This document shows positions 1 through 9,968 of a stretch of 64,000 nucleotides of DNA, one piece after another. The position numbers and the translations under genes were made by a program. The DNA lies in the IMG/VR virus record IMGVR_UViG_3300048881_000780. One strand, written 5' to 3'. Numbering within the stretch: the stretch's first letter is position 1; each line of letters opens with the position of its first letter. This stretch comes from a virus (lineage: Duplodnaviria; Caudoviricetes). Under the pieces are notes generated by a model that saw only the letters and a list, made by a program, of their open reading frames with translations, was not told the origin of the DNA and did not search any database.

Positions 1-149
1 GAGTGGAACCCGAGAAAGGGCCGAGTGGAACCCGAGAAAGGGCCGAGTGGAACCCGAGAAAGGGCCGAGTGGAACCCGAGAAAGGGCCGAGTGGAACCCG
101 AGAAAGGGCCGAGTGGAACCCGAGAAAGGGCCGAGTGGAACCCGAGAAA
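1..149. repeat. 22-bp GC-rich perfect tandem repeat GAGTGGAACCCGAGAAAGGGCC (6 full copies + 17-bp partial, truncated by window edge); iteron-like
   Basis: Units start at 1, 23, 45, 67, 89, 111 and 133; no spacers. Confidence 0.95.
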
Positions 150-341
150 AAAAGCTGTAGGAACAACTAAGTTAGAAAAAGATACCTTTATTAAAGGTAC
201 TTTAAATAGATACTTTTAGAAGTACTATTTAAGGGGACTTTATGTAATTACAGCTAGTTAGAGCATTGTTTTATATACTTATTACCTAATTGAAACTTAG
301 TTTCATTCTTTGTTTTTGTGTTATTTTTACTAATTTAGCAC

Positions 342-374
342 AAAAAAAGGAAGCAACTAAGGCTTCCTTTTTTT
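342..374. terminator. Bidirectional rho-independent terminator
   Basis: A7-GGAAGC-aactaag-GCTTCC-T7. Confidence 0.8.
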
Positions 375-637
375 AGATAATTTCATCAGCATTTAACGGT
401 AACAGTAACTCTAGCTTCAACAGCAACTTTTTAACAACTTCTACTTCAGCAACAACAAGATCATTAGCTACAACTCATTATCTGATATATCTATAATAAC
501 TCAGTCAAGAGTTATTTCGAGTTATTTTTTGCATCACAGCAAAGTTTTTTTCGGATTTTATTTGATTACAGTAACTTGAGTACTTAAATATTAACACCAG
601 TCGTCATCCCATAAAATAGCTTCCATTAATTTATAAT

Positions 638-1297
638 ATGAGCATGAAAAATTATTTTGAAAAGTTTAATGAGTTCGATTTAAGTTCGCTAGTTTCAAGT
701 CAGATGAAAGTTTTCTCATCTATTGACATGTATAAATCTCAAGACTGTGAACTGCAAAGAAAGGTACTAGCCTATCACACATTTAATAATATAGTTAAGT
801 TCTTCAATATTAATACATATGAATCAAGCCTGGACTTTACGGCGTTCTATAAGTCAGAAATTAAAAAGATCTGTATCTTCATACCTAACCCAAAAGTAAA
901 AGATGTATCTATTCACAAAAAGTGTGAATTTTCATTTCTTGGGAAAACATTTCAAGTTGAAAGAAGTATGATTTCTGTTGGTTGGGTTCCATTCTCAAAT
1001 GAGACTCCTGTAGGCCCTATGATTGGATCTTCTCCTTTTATGATTGTTTCCCTGGATGTATCAGTTAAAGAGTCTGAAAAAGGCTCTCAGGAGCTTAAAG
1101 ATATTGTTTCTAAGTTGAGTGTGGGTGATTTTGACAAAGACATACATTTAATGGATAAGATGACATCTCCCGTTAATTTCTTATCTGCTTACAATGTTCA
1201 GGTAATTAAAGAGAGTCTTCAGCTACACTATAAAAATAATAAAGAAGCCGAAGCCGAAATTGAAGATCTCGTAAAAAAGATGGTTCGAAGCCTCTAG
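638..1297 (+). CDS. Hypothetical protein (probable leaderless start at ATG 644)
   Basis: 219-aa ORF; TATAAT lies 6 nt before the second ATG. Confidence 0.75.
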   Translation: MSMKNYFEKFNEFDLSSLVSSQMKVFSSIDMYKSQDCELQRKVLAYHTFNNIVKFFNINTYESSLDFTAFYKSEIKKICIFIPNPKVKDVSIHKKCEFSFLGKTFQVERSMISVGWVPFSNETPVGPMIGSSPFMIVSLDVSVKESEKGSQELKDIVSKLSVGDFDKDIHLMDKMTSPVNFLSAYNVQVIKESLQLHYKNNKEAEAEIEDLVKKMVRSL

Positions 1298-1306
1298 ATA
1301 TTTAAA

Positions 1307-2137
1307 TTACTGCTGATCATCAAGATTATTCTCAATCGTAGTAACATCCCAGAAAGTTGAAATATCCCCATCACTGTCATCTAGATAAGAAGCAATAAGT
1401 TCTAATCTATTATCCAGTCTAGTAATATTTGATTGAATCTTTGGTAAAGAATCCCATTGAGCATCTTTTGGAGTTAGAGGACACATGAAGTCTGTACTAT
1501 TTGCATTACAGTCCACATATGGCTCACCTACCATTCTGGAAAAAGTTCTGGCAACTAGAGCTCTTGTTCCTTTTGTTGATGTGTACTCCTCGCTAGCATT
1601 TGATGTACATGCCTCATGACCAGAGTCACCATTAAGAAAACACTCCATTCTGAATATAATCCAAAACTGTCTCTTGTTGGCCTTATTAATTACAAAAATA
1701 GAATTTGGATCACTAGGATTGATATCGTTATCTTCAATATACTGATTGAATCTAGTTGAATTCCAAAAAAGTACAAAACTATTAAACTCTGAAGCCCTAA
1801 CATCTAGAGATGTGATTGGGTTCATTAGACGCTCATCTGTTTCAGGATACTCGAAATAATTAGACCCAAGATATATAGACTCAGTAGAAATGGCATTAAG
1901 AGCTTCCTTAAAGTTGTCCTTTGCGAACTCCAGGTCTACAGATTCTTGACTATTGTAAGATCTCGGTAGATATATCTTTCTATCCATGAATCTACTACAT
2001 TCCTTATTTTTCATTTTTTCAATATCACAGACAACATAGACGATCTTCTCTTCATCTTTATTTTCATCAAGGACGTCTTCTCCACAACCAAATAGAGAAA
2101 AAAGAAATAATACTGTAAGAATTTTAGAAATTTTCAT
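1307..2137 (-). CDS. Lipoprotein of unknown function
   Basis: Signal peptide with lipobox LFGC; GGAG RBS. Confidence 0.8.
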   Translation of the reverse strand: MKISKILTVLFLFSLFGCGEDVLDENKDEEKIVYVVCDIEKMKNKECSRFMDRKIYLPRSYNSQESVDLEFAKDNFKEALNAISTESIYLGSNYFEYPETDERLMNPITSLDVRASEFNSFVLFWNSTRFNQYIEDNDINPSDPNSIFVINKANKRQFWIIFRMECFLNGDSGHEACTSNASEEYTSTKGTRALVARTFSRMVGEPYVDCNANSTDFMCPLTPKDAQWDSLPKIQSNITRLDNRLELIASYLDDSDGDISTFWDVTTIENNLDDQQ

Positions 2138-2238
2138 TATTAGCTCCTGTGTATATTTTAATTCTTTTACACCGCTACCTAAGTAGTTGTTATCTCAAAA
2201 AGAGAATTCCGCTCATATTTTTTTATAATTAAAGTAAT

Positions 2239-2586
2239 ATGGGATTACTAAATAACAAAAAGCGTTTTAAGAGAAAGTTACTAGAAATACTAAGAGAAGG
2301 TCGAGAAGAGTACTTCACTTCTTGTGACATCTATGAAGTTGATAAGATTTCTCCTTTAGACTCTTATATCCTGAAAGTTGAAGCATTAGAAAAGATCAAA
2401 TCACTATACAAAAAGGGCGATATTATTCAAAAGAGTAACTCCAGTCCTACGCTACAGTTTAAGTGGTCAGAATTAAGTCTTGCTAGGATTGAAGATGGTG
2501 AATTTATCACCTATTTCAATTTTTTACCAAAAGGTCATAAAAAATACATAAAAGTTCCTATCTTCCTAAAATTTTACGATAAATAA
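2239..2586 (+). CDS. Hypothetical protein
   Basis: 115-aa ORF; TATAAT 9 nt upstream. Confidence 0.65.
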   Translation: MGLLNNKKRFKRKLLEILREGREEYFTSCDIYEVDKISPLDSYILKVEALEKIKSLYKKGDIIQKSNSSPTLQFKWSELSLARIEDGEFITYFNFLPKGHKKYIKVPIFLKFYDK

Positions 2587-2600
2587 GTAAAGGAAGTATT

Positions 2601-4181
2601 ATGTTAAAAATGTATTTTGATTTTAGAATCGCAAATGTAAAGAAGGTGATCAACTTGTCACCATCAAGTTTTCAACTAATTGATGCCAGAATCGTCAATA
2701 AGTCTGTTTTTGATAAATCTCAAATTGCAGATAGTAAAAAGCTATTGGATCCGAATGTTCAGGAGATCTCTAAAATGTTCCCTGAAGCGCAAAAGAAAAT
2801 CAAAAGTCATCTTAAACAAGGTCTTGATGGAAACGTTAGACAAAATGTTGTGGAAGAGATTAACGCTGCATTAGATGACTACCAGAAAAATGTAGATCAG
2901 GCCATTATGCTTTTTAGTGAAATTACTGGTGTAAGTGATGATATCGAAAGAGAGCAGGCCGCATGGTCAAAAATGCTTGTTACAATTAAAGGTCTCTTAG
3001 ATAAAGTTCTAACTGATTCTAACCCAGCTGAAGCTCTATATACTGCGGCGAAGATGTTCTTTGATAAAAGTACGGAAATGTCGGAGTTTTTAAATAAAGA
3101 GATTAAGCAGATTGAAAACCTTCTTGGTTATAAGAATAATGAGCGTGGACTACTTGCTAGTTTTACTGTTGATCTAGAAAGTCACGAACTTGTTCCAACA
3201 ATTAGAGATATTAAAGTTGCTGGTTGGGATGCTCATACATCTAACAGCGAATACGAAGGACTTGTTCTAAATAGAGCACTTGAAGCTTCTATTGCTGATA
3301 AAATCGATAAAGTTGTACAAATTGAAAAGCAAGTTAGTAAGATTTCCAAAGATGAGAACGAATTTAATCTTGGTGAGTATTGTGACATCTTTCATGAGAA
3401 CTCAAAAATTTGGGCAGAGTCGATTCTTTCTTTAGATACATGGACACGTCATATTTTAAGAGCTCGTATTGGTGCCGAGAAATATGCCAATGTATTTAAG
3501 AATCTTGAGAAATCAGGAAATAATATTTTAAAGATTAATCAAAAGATGGCAGATATCCTAAAAGAAGAGAATGTTACTCCTGAAACGTTTAATAAAGTAT
3601 TTACTGGTTTTAGAAACTTTTCTCCAATTAAGAAGTTTATTGAAGATGATTTTTCATTAGATGACTGGATCAAGAGAGGAGATGACTCTCTAAGAATGAT
3701 TAGTGATAGCTCGACTCATGTGAATGTGATTCCTCTAGTAAGTCTTCCAGAGGTTTATAAGGTATTAACTAGTAAGGAGATCCCGTCTCAAGATGTGGCA
3801 AGATTGTATACTGAATCATCTGATGCTGTAATGAGCAATCTTATGGAAGATATGGGTATCCAAAAACAAAGACAAGATATGGCCATTTATGGAACTAAAG
3901 ATAATGTTTACGGTGTAATTAAAAGACGCAAGCATTTAGATAAAACTGGTAAGAATGTATTCGAATTTGTAACTTTCTCTTGTGACAAAAGAGAAGCTCG
4001 TGATCTAGCTGGGAAAAAGGTTAAATCTGCACTTGAAGAAAAATTTAGAAATAAGAAGAGTTTTAACTCTAAAAACAGTTCTTTCTCTGTTGGTCAAAAG
4101 TACAAGATTAATGGAAGAGAGTTTTTAGTGACTATTCCTTTTTTCGTAAAGCAGGGATTTTGCCAGATCGATACTATCTAA
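2601..4181 (+). CDS. Hypothetical alpha-helical protein (526 aa)
   Basis: Long ORF, AAGGA RBS, upstream TACGATAA box; no motif recognised. Confidence 0.8.
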   Translation: MLKMYFDFRIANVKKVINLSPSSFQLIDARIVNKSVFDKSQIADSKKLLDPNVQEISKMFPEAQKKIKSHLKQGLDGNVRQNVVEEINAALDDYQKNVDQAIMLFSEITGVSDDIEREQAAWSKMLVTIKGLLDKVLTDSNPAEALYTAAKMFFDKSTEMSEFLNKEIKQIENLLGYKNNERGLLASFTVDLESHELVPTIRDIKVAGWDAHTSNSEYEGLVLNRALEASIADKIDKVVQIEKQVSKISKDENEFNLGEYCDIFHENSKIWAESILSLDTWTRHILRARIGAEKYANVFKNLEKSGNNILKINQKMADILKEENVTPETFNKVFTGFRNFSPIKKFIEDDFSLDDWIKRGDDSLRMISDSSTHVNVIPLVSLPEVYKVLTSKEIPSQDVARLYTESSDAVMSNLMEDMGIQKQRQDMAIYGTKDNVYGVIKRRKHLDKTGKNVFEFVTFSCDKREARDLAGKKVKSALEEKFRNKKSFNSKNSSFSVGQKYKINGREFLVTIPFFVKQGFCQIDTI

Positions 4182-4196
4182 TAAATTGAGGTATTA

Positions 4197-4451
4197 ATGT
4201 ACGACAAAAGACTTACTCTTAAAGAGATACTAGAAAATAAAGATCTATTATCCGAAATGGATGATACTGAAGTATATCAGGTTACTAGAGGTGGAACTGA
4301 ACCAAAAGTAATTATGACTCAAGAGCATTACTTCTATCTATTGACTAAAATAGAGCAATTAGGTGGAACCAATAAGAGAACTCCTTTTGAAGAAGTAGAA
4401 TTAATGGAAAAAGTGAATAAGATATTAGAGGAAATCAAATCTTCTAGATAG
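4197..4451 (+). CDS. Phd/YefM-like antitoxin-fold protein
   Basis: LTLKEILEN...VYQVTRGGTEPKVIMTQEHY follows the Phd/YefM N-terminal pattern; GAGG RBS. Confidence 0.5.
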   Translation: MYDKRLTLKEILENKDLLSEMDDTEVYQVTRGGTEPKVIMTQEHYFYLLTKIEQLGGTNKRTPFEEVELMEKVNKILEEIKSSR

Positions 4452-4452
4452 T

Positions 4453-4659
4453 CTATATTCGATGTCTCAAGTATTCTAATAAGTGATTAAAGAGTCTTTC
4501 ATAATTTTGATACATGATTACAGATGTGGCCCCAATATAAGTACTTTTAACTACTGTTTGGTAGTGAATATCGGTTATCCAATAAGTGGAAAAATTCGCA
4601 AATAATGAATTGATCACGATTAGAATAAAGAAAAATAAATACTTCAAAAAATACTCCAA
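4453..4659 (-). CDS. Small membrane protein
   Basis: 68 aa with hydrophobic segments; TTG start. Confidence 0.45.
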   Translation of the reverse strand: MEYFLKYLFFFILIVINSLFANFSTYWITDIHYQTVVKSTYIGATSVIMYQNYERLFNHLLEYLRHRI

Positions 4660-4900
4660 TTGAGTGGTGTTTATTTAATATTCTTATAACTTTCTTTCAA
4701 TGTAAAGATATGGAATTATGCATAGATTCTACCTCAAAGTCGGAAATCCTTTACCCCTATAAGATTACTAAAATAAGCGATAAACTATTGTTTTATTGGG
4801 AACTTTATAAAAAAGTAACGACCTATTCTTTTGTGTGTTAAAATTAATCTATTACATCACGAATGTTGTTAGTTGTATAAAGTTGCTGTGGAGGTTATTC

Positions 4901-5602
4901 GTGTTACAAGGTAAAAAAAGGCCTGGGGCCAATCTAAGGCCATCCCCATCCCTGGATTATTTAAGGATATCAAAGTTCGATCCCTACTGGGACTACAAGA
5001 CTCGAGAAGAGCGGAAATCTTCTATTCGGTCATCCTACTTTAATTATATAAATGATACGACCTGGAGTTCAAAAAGTGGCGATATTGTAATGGAGATTAC
5101 AGTAAGCACAATAAAGTCTTCAAACTTCTATATTGATAGGATTAAAACTATTAATGGAAGAAAGTCTCCTCAAGTAAAAATCAAAACGATGTTTCGAAAA
5201 AAGGGAAAGCTAAGTGCTCCTTTTCATAAGTTTTACACAAGTGTCCTGAATACCAAATATAAAGAAGCTCTTATTCAAGAGTTAACTGATCAAGATAATT
5301 GGCCAAAAGAGAATTTAACAAAAGAACAAAGAATAGATTTCTTAAAGGCCATTAAGGGAATCCCTGATCTATTTAAGTTAGAACCTCCATATTCTAGGTA
5401 CACTAGGGAAGTTTTGGAAAATGCTATTCCAGACGATTTAAAAGGTTTATATGACTTTAATAAGTACCCTGTATTAGACGTGGTTCCTATTGAGAACTTG
5501 AACTTTTGTTCTAGTGACTATTTAACATTTTTAAAGGGTGACGATAAATCACATTTAAGCGACGGAAGTAGGGCCTTTTTAGACCTACTAGAAGACGACT
5601 AA
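4901..5602 (+). CDS. Hypothetical basic protein
   Basis: ORF 4835..5602; GGAGG RBS supports GTG start at 4901. Confidence 0.7.
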   Translation: MLQGKKRPGANLRPSPSLDYLRISKFDPYWDYKTREERKSSIRSSYFNYINDTTWSSKSGDIVMEITVSTIKSSNFYIDRIKTINGRKSPQVKIKTMFRKKGKLSAPFHKFYTSVLNTKYKEALIQELTDQDNWPKENLTKEQRIDFLKAIKGIPDLFKLEPPYSRYTREVLENAIPDDLKGLYDFNKYPVLDVVPIENLNFCSSDYLTFLKGDDKSHLSDGSRAFLDLLEDD

Positions 5603-5654
5603 ATCCCATAACCATTATCGGTCTTTTTTTAATCCGAATTGAATAGTTCGCTAA

Positions 5655-6539
5655 TTAGAAAGAGATCGATAATCCCATTAGTAAATTAAAATCCATTTCA
5701 AGGGGTGTTGTAGAATCCTCATGAGAAGTATTAAAGCTTTTTACCTGACCACCAATCTTTAGATCCCAATTTTCTGTAAATTGATAATTCAAGAAACCTA
5801 AGTGTGAAACTGATACAAAATCTTTATCATCTATTGAATATGGAGAAATAGAAACTTCATACTCTAGATTATATTTACCTATTTCGTATTTTACACCTAA
5901 TCCTTGTTCGAAAACACCAAAACTTCTTGTGTCTGATTTACCAGTAGTCCTTCCAATAAATGTATCCAGGTATTCATTTAGTTTAAAATAAACTCTTTGT
6001 TCATTAAATACTGTATCGCCATATGAGTATCGACTAAGCGATAAACTTACTTGATCCTTAATAAACCAATAGTTTCCCCTTAGATAAACGCCTCCACCCT
6101 TTTGAGGATTTAGTATATTCAGTACGGTTAAGTCAATTCCTACGGCCTCATCTTGAGCTACTGTATCCTCTTTGGATTCTGGGTTTTCTTCTTGGTACAG
6201 ATTTGCCTTTGAGATTTCATCATCTAGCTTCAGATCTAAATCAGAGAAGTCTAAATCTGAATTGAATTCACTTTCTACGGCCTCATAATTAGAATCTTTT
6301 TTTCTTCTATCTCTTCTTGTTTTTTTCTTTTTGTTGGATTTTACTTTATTCTCTTTTTTAACAATCTCTTTTTCTTTATTTGTAATAGTCTTTTCTTCCT
6401 TTTTTGGAATCTTTAAACCTAGATCATCACTACAGCAATCTTTAGGTTGACAAAAGTGCGCGATAGCTAAAATTAGTCCAATTGTTAGAATAACAAATAG
6501 AGACGCTTTTATTGAAAACTTCTTTTTATATTCTTTCAT
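5655..6539 (-). CDS. Putative outer-membrane beta-barrel protein with N-terminal anchor and charged linker
   Basis: N-terminal hydrophobic helix, amphipathic beta-strands, C-terminal LMGLSISF; TATAAT-N6-ATG supports start at 6539. Confidence 0.6.
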   Translation of the reverse strand: MKEYKKKFSIKASLFVILTIGLILAIAHFCQPKDCCSDDLGLKIPKKEEKTITNKEKEIVKKENKVKSNKKKKTRRDRRKKDSNYEAVESEFNSDLDFSDLDLKLDDEISKANLYQEENPESKEDTVAQDEAVGIDLTVLNILNPQKGGGVYLRGNYWFIKDQVSLSLSRYSYGDTVFNEQRVYFKLNEYLDTFIGRTTGKSDTRSFGVFEQGLGVKYEIGKYNLEYEVSISPYSIDDKDFVSVSHLGFLNYQFTENWDLKIGGQVKSFNTSHEDSTTPLEMDFNLLMGLSISF

Positions 6540-6652
6540 ATCATTATTATAAAGTTTCTCTAGGTACTCGATCTCGAGGTAAAATATAGACACCAAGTGT
6601 TATAATATAAATATAAACAAGTAGACGAGCCAATTATTTCAAGGGGTTACAA

Positions 6653-6973
6653 GTGACAAAAAATACTCCAAATTTTCCTCCTAAACTAACAGTCAACCAG
6701 GTTGTTAAGATTTTTGATAATTATTCAAGGAAGGATCTCGATGTAGTGTTTCTATTACTTAAGAACTGCCCATATTTTGTTAGATTCTTGGATGTCCTTT
6801 ATTTTATTTTCGACTCTAACCTTGAATCAGTCGCTCAGTGGTTAAATTCACCACTAGAGCCTATTTTGGGTCTTACTCCCATGGAGTATCTATTAGATGA
6901 TCCAGAAGAAAATCTTCCTTTATTGATGCGGTATATGAATAGATATTACGGTTCAGAGATGATGGGGTCATAA
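6653..6973 (+). CDS. Xre/MbcA/ParS C-terminal (DUF2384-like) domain protein
   Basis: FDSNLESVAQWLNSPLEPILGLTPMEYLL fits the W-x3-P-x4-G-x2-P pattern. Confidence 0.65.
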   Translation: MTKNTPNFPPKLTVNQVVKIFDNYSRKDLDVVFLLLKNCPYFVRFLDVLYFIFDSNLESVAQWLNSPLEPILGLTPMEYLLDDPEENLPLLMRYMNRYYGSEMMGS

Positions 6974-7548
6974 TGAATTACTTTAGATATTTTATCATAA
7001 TTTCAATTTTATTAATCACCTCTTGCTCCGAGAAGAAAAAAGAGGAAGTTACACTATTTGGAAATAGTTTTAAGTATACCCATTTTAGATTAGTTAGTGA
7101 TCATGACTGGATAGAAGTGACGGGAAATAGAGTTCTCTCATTTTCAGAAGATGAGTCTTACATGACTGAAACTATTTCTGGGTATAGAGATACTGAAAGT
7201 GGTCTTTGTAATGCTAATTTTCACTGGCTACTAGATCAATCAGAAGGCGACTCGTATTTTTCAGATTTAATTGAAAAGAAAGAAGAGGTAGATGATTTCG
7301 ATCTATTTGCACCCTACTTTAATAGTGATTTTGAATCATCTACAGACATTGAATTAAATTCAGAAAATATTGATTTTGGCCCATTTAACTTCGTACTCTT
7401 TCTTGAAAATAACGATAAGAATTATGATTGCTTTCTTTATCAAGGACAAGTGGAAAGACCTATTTCTATAAGTCTATTGTCTTCCTCTGATATGGAAATT
7501 TTAGAACCGGAAAGAAGCATCGTTTATAAATTAGTTAAAGTTAAATAG
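6973..7548 (+). CDS. Lipoprotein of unknown function
   Basis: Lipobox ITSC; coupled to upstream ORF (TAATG). Confidence 0.75.
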   Translation: MNYFRYFIIISILLITSCSEKKKEEVTLFGNSFKYTHFRLVSDHDWIEVTGNRVLSFSEDESYMTETISGYRDTESGLCNANFHWLLDQSEGDSYFSDLIEKKEEVDDFDLFAPYFNSDFESSTDIELNSENIDFGPFNFVLFLENNDKNYDCFLYQGQVERPISISLLSSSDMEILEPERSIVYKLVKVK

Positions 7549-7555
7549 AGGTATC

Positions 7556-9967
7556 ATGAAAAAACGTTCTGTAATTAAAAGAGACGGAAGTCAAGAAGAG
7601 ATTAAATTATCCAAAATTATTGAAAGGGTTGAGGCATTAAGTGAAGGACTTGATGTTCAGACTGATATTGTTGCTCAGAAAGTTATTGAAAAGGTAATCG
7701 ATGGTATCACTTCTAAGCAAATTGACCAAGAGATTGCTTTAACTGCGTTCTCTATGGTTTCGGAACATAATCACTACTCATACCTAGCTAGTAAAATTCT
7801 AGCTAGCTCTCTTCACAAGGAAACACCTGGTTTTTATCAAGGTATGAAAATTTTAATCAAAAATGAAGTTGTAGATAAGAAGTATGAACCCGTAATTAAA
7901 AAAATTGGAAAGAAGCTTGAAAAAGCTATTCAATACGACAGAGATCTTACTAATTTTGATTTTATTGGTTTAAAAACATTGGTAGACAATAGTTATCTAC
8001 TAAGGTTAGAAAAAGGTGATTCTAAAGTAATTATCGAAAGACCTCAAGATATGTATATGAGAGTTGCTATTCAAATTCACTGCGACTTTGATAAGAAGGA
8101 TTTTGGAGTTAACGAGATTATCGAGGAGTACAACTTTATTTCTCAAAAAGCTGGTACATACGCTACTCCTACCTTATTTAATAGTTGTACCAAGAGGCCA
8201 CAACTTTCATCTTGTTTCCTCCTTCAAACGGACGATGATTCTATCGAAGGAATTTATAAGACAATGAGTGATACAGCTAAAATTTCTCAATCTTCAGGTG
8301 GTGTGGGACTTGCTGTTCATAATATTAGATCTAAAGGTTCTCGTATTGTTGCATCTAATGGTGTTTCTAACGGTATTGTGCCTATGCTTAGAGTGTTTCA
8401 AGAGACTGCTCGTTATGTAGATCAAGGTGGAGGAAAAAGAAAAGGTAGTTTTGCTATTTACTTAGAACCTTGGCATAAAGATATTGTAGACTTTATAGAC
8501 TGTTCTAATAAACATCTTCCAACTAAAGCTTGTCCAGATTTGTTTACTGCTATCTGGGCTAATGACTTATTTATGGAGAGAGTTGAAAAAGATCAAGAAT
8601 GGACTTTGTTTTGTCCAAATGAACTAAAAAAGAATCATAATGTAGATTTATCTGAGTTATATGACTCACCTGACTCTAAAGACTTTTCAGAAGCATATCT
8701 AAAACTAGAAGAACTAGGTTTTGGTACAAAAATTATGGCAAGAGAGATTTGGGCCAAATTTTTAGAAGCAAATGCAACTTCTGGTCGTCCATATGTAGTA
8801 TTTAAAGACTCTTGTAATCATAAATCAAACCAAAAGAATCTAGGAACAATTAAGAGTTCTAATCTTTGTGCTGAAATTATCGAATATATTTCTCCTGAAG
8901 AGGTGGCGGTGTGTAATTTAGCTTCTATTTCTCTAGTTAAGTATATTACTGGTGAAGGAATTGAGGCAAAAGTAGATAAGGAAGCTCTTGGTAAGGCTGT
9001 AAAGAGATTTACTAAAGGACTTAATAAAATTATTGATATTAACTACTACCCTCTTCCTGAGATGGTTAAAAGTAATAAGAAGAATCGACCAATTGGACTT
9101 GGTGTTCAAGGACTAGCAGATGTATTTTTAATGTGTCATGCTCCATGGGGAAGCGAAAGATCTAGAGTTATTCAAAGAGATATTTTTGAAACTATTTATT
9201 ATTACGCACTTGAAGCATCTATGGAAGTTTCAAAAGTTGATGGTGCCTATGAAACTTTTGAAGGTTCTCCAGCCTCTAGAGGAGAGCTTCAGTTTGACTT
9301 CTATGATCATCAAAATGACAGCAAGATGTATCAATTTATTGGTAAATCAAATGACTTCGACTGGAACGCTCTTAAAGAAAAAATCAAGAAGCATGGATTA
9401 AGAAACAGTCTACTAGTTGCTTGTATGCCAACAGGATCTACTTCGCAAATGCTAGGTAATTTTGAAGGAATCAACCCTTTTCAAGAGAATATTTTTACAA
9501 GAACGCTTCTCAATGGAGAATACCAAGTCGTAAATAGACATCTAATTAGAGATCTACAAAAATTAAATATTTGGAGCTCTTCTGTTAAAAATTCTATTAT
9601 TAGAAATGGTGGTTCAGTTCAAGGAATTGAAGATATCCCAGCTCACTTACGTGAGATTTATAAAACATCATATGAAATTGGTAATAAGAATTTGCTTACA
9701 CTTGCGGCAGATAGGCAAAGATTTATTTGTCAGTCTCAATCAATGAATTTATTTACTTCTGATAATGATGGTAAGAAGTTAACAAAGGCCATACTCTACG
9801 CATGGAAAACAGGTCTTAAAACGGGTAAATACTATCTATATCAAAAAGCTCGAGTCCAAGCTGCGATTATCAATACTGAAGTTAAAGAAAGTCTAACTGA
9901 TGAAATATTAAGTGGCAAGAATGATCCTAATGAGGATCTTGATGATTGCTTAATGTGCGGAGCTTAG
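7556..9967 (+). CDS. nrdA: Class Ia ribonucleotide reductase alpha subunit with ATP cone
   Basis: VIKRDG ATP cone, ATPTLFN, QLSSCFL, SSNLCAEI, AVCNLAS, MPTGSTSQ, KTGKYY, C-terminal CLMCGA. Confidence 0.98.
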   Translation: MKKRSVIKRDGSQEEIKLSKIIERVEALSEGLDVQTDIVAQKVIEKVIDGITSKQIDQEIALTAFSMVSEHNHYSYLASKILASSLHKETPGFYQGMKILIKNEVVDKKYEPVIKKIGKKLEKAIQYDRDLTNFDFIGLKTLVDNSYLLRLEKGDSKVIIERPQDMYMRVAIQIHCDFDKKDFGVNEIIEEYNFISQKAGTYATPTLFNSCTKRPQLSSCFLLQTDDDSIEGIYKTMSDTAKISQSSGGVGLAVHNIRSKGSRIVASNGVSNGIVPMLRVFQETARYVDQGGGKRKGSFAIYLEPWHKDIVDFIDCSNKHLPTKACPDLFTAIWANDLFMERVEKDQEWTLFCPNELKKNHNVDLSELYDSPDSKDFSEAYLKLEELGFGTKIMAREIWAKFLEANATSGRPYVVFKDSCNHKSNQKNLGTIKSSNLCAEIIEYISPEEVAVCNLASISLVKYITGEGIEAKVDKEALGKAVKRFTKGLNKIIDINYYPLPEMVKSNKKNRPIGLGVQGLADVFLMCHAPWGSERSRVIQRDIFETIYYYALEASMEVSKVDGAYETFEGSPASRGELQFDFYDHQNDSKMYQFIGKSNDFDWNALKEKIKKHGLRNSLLVACMPTGSTSQMLGNFEGINPFQENIFTRTLLNGEYQVVNRHLIRDLQKLNIWSSSVKNSIIRNGGSVQGIEDIPAHLREIYKTSYEIGNKNLLTLAADRQRFICQSQSMNLFTSDNDGKKLTKAILYAWKTGLKTGKYYLYQKARVQAAIINTEVKESLTDEILSGKNDPNEDLDDCLMCGA

Positions 9968-9968
9968 T

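Noticed and set aside
1-149. CRISPR array
   Set aside because: Head-to-tail repeats with no spacers, and no cas genes in the window
25-219. 64-aa ORF over the 22-bp repeat
   Set aside because: It is a translation of a repeat whose unit is not a multiple of 3, with no RBS. It could only be real as the tail of a gene starting outside the window.
374-478. tmRNA tag (AND... reading frame)
   Set aside because: No tRNA-like ends and no C-terminal AA degron
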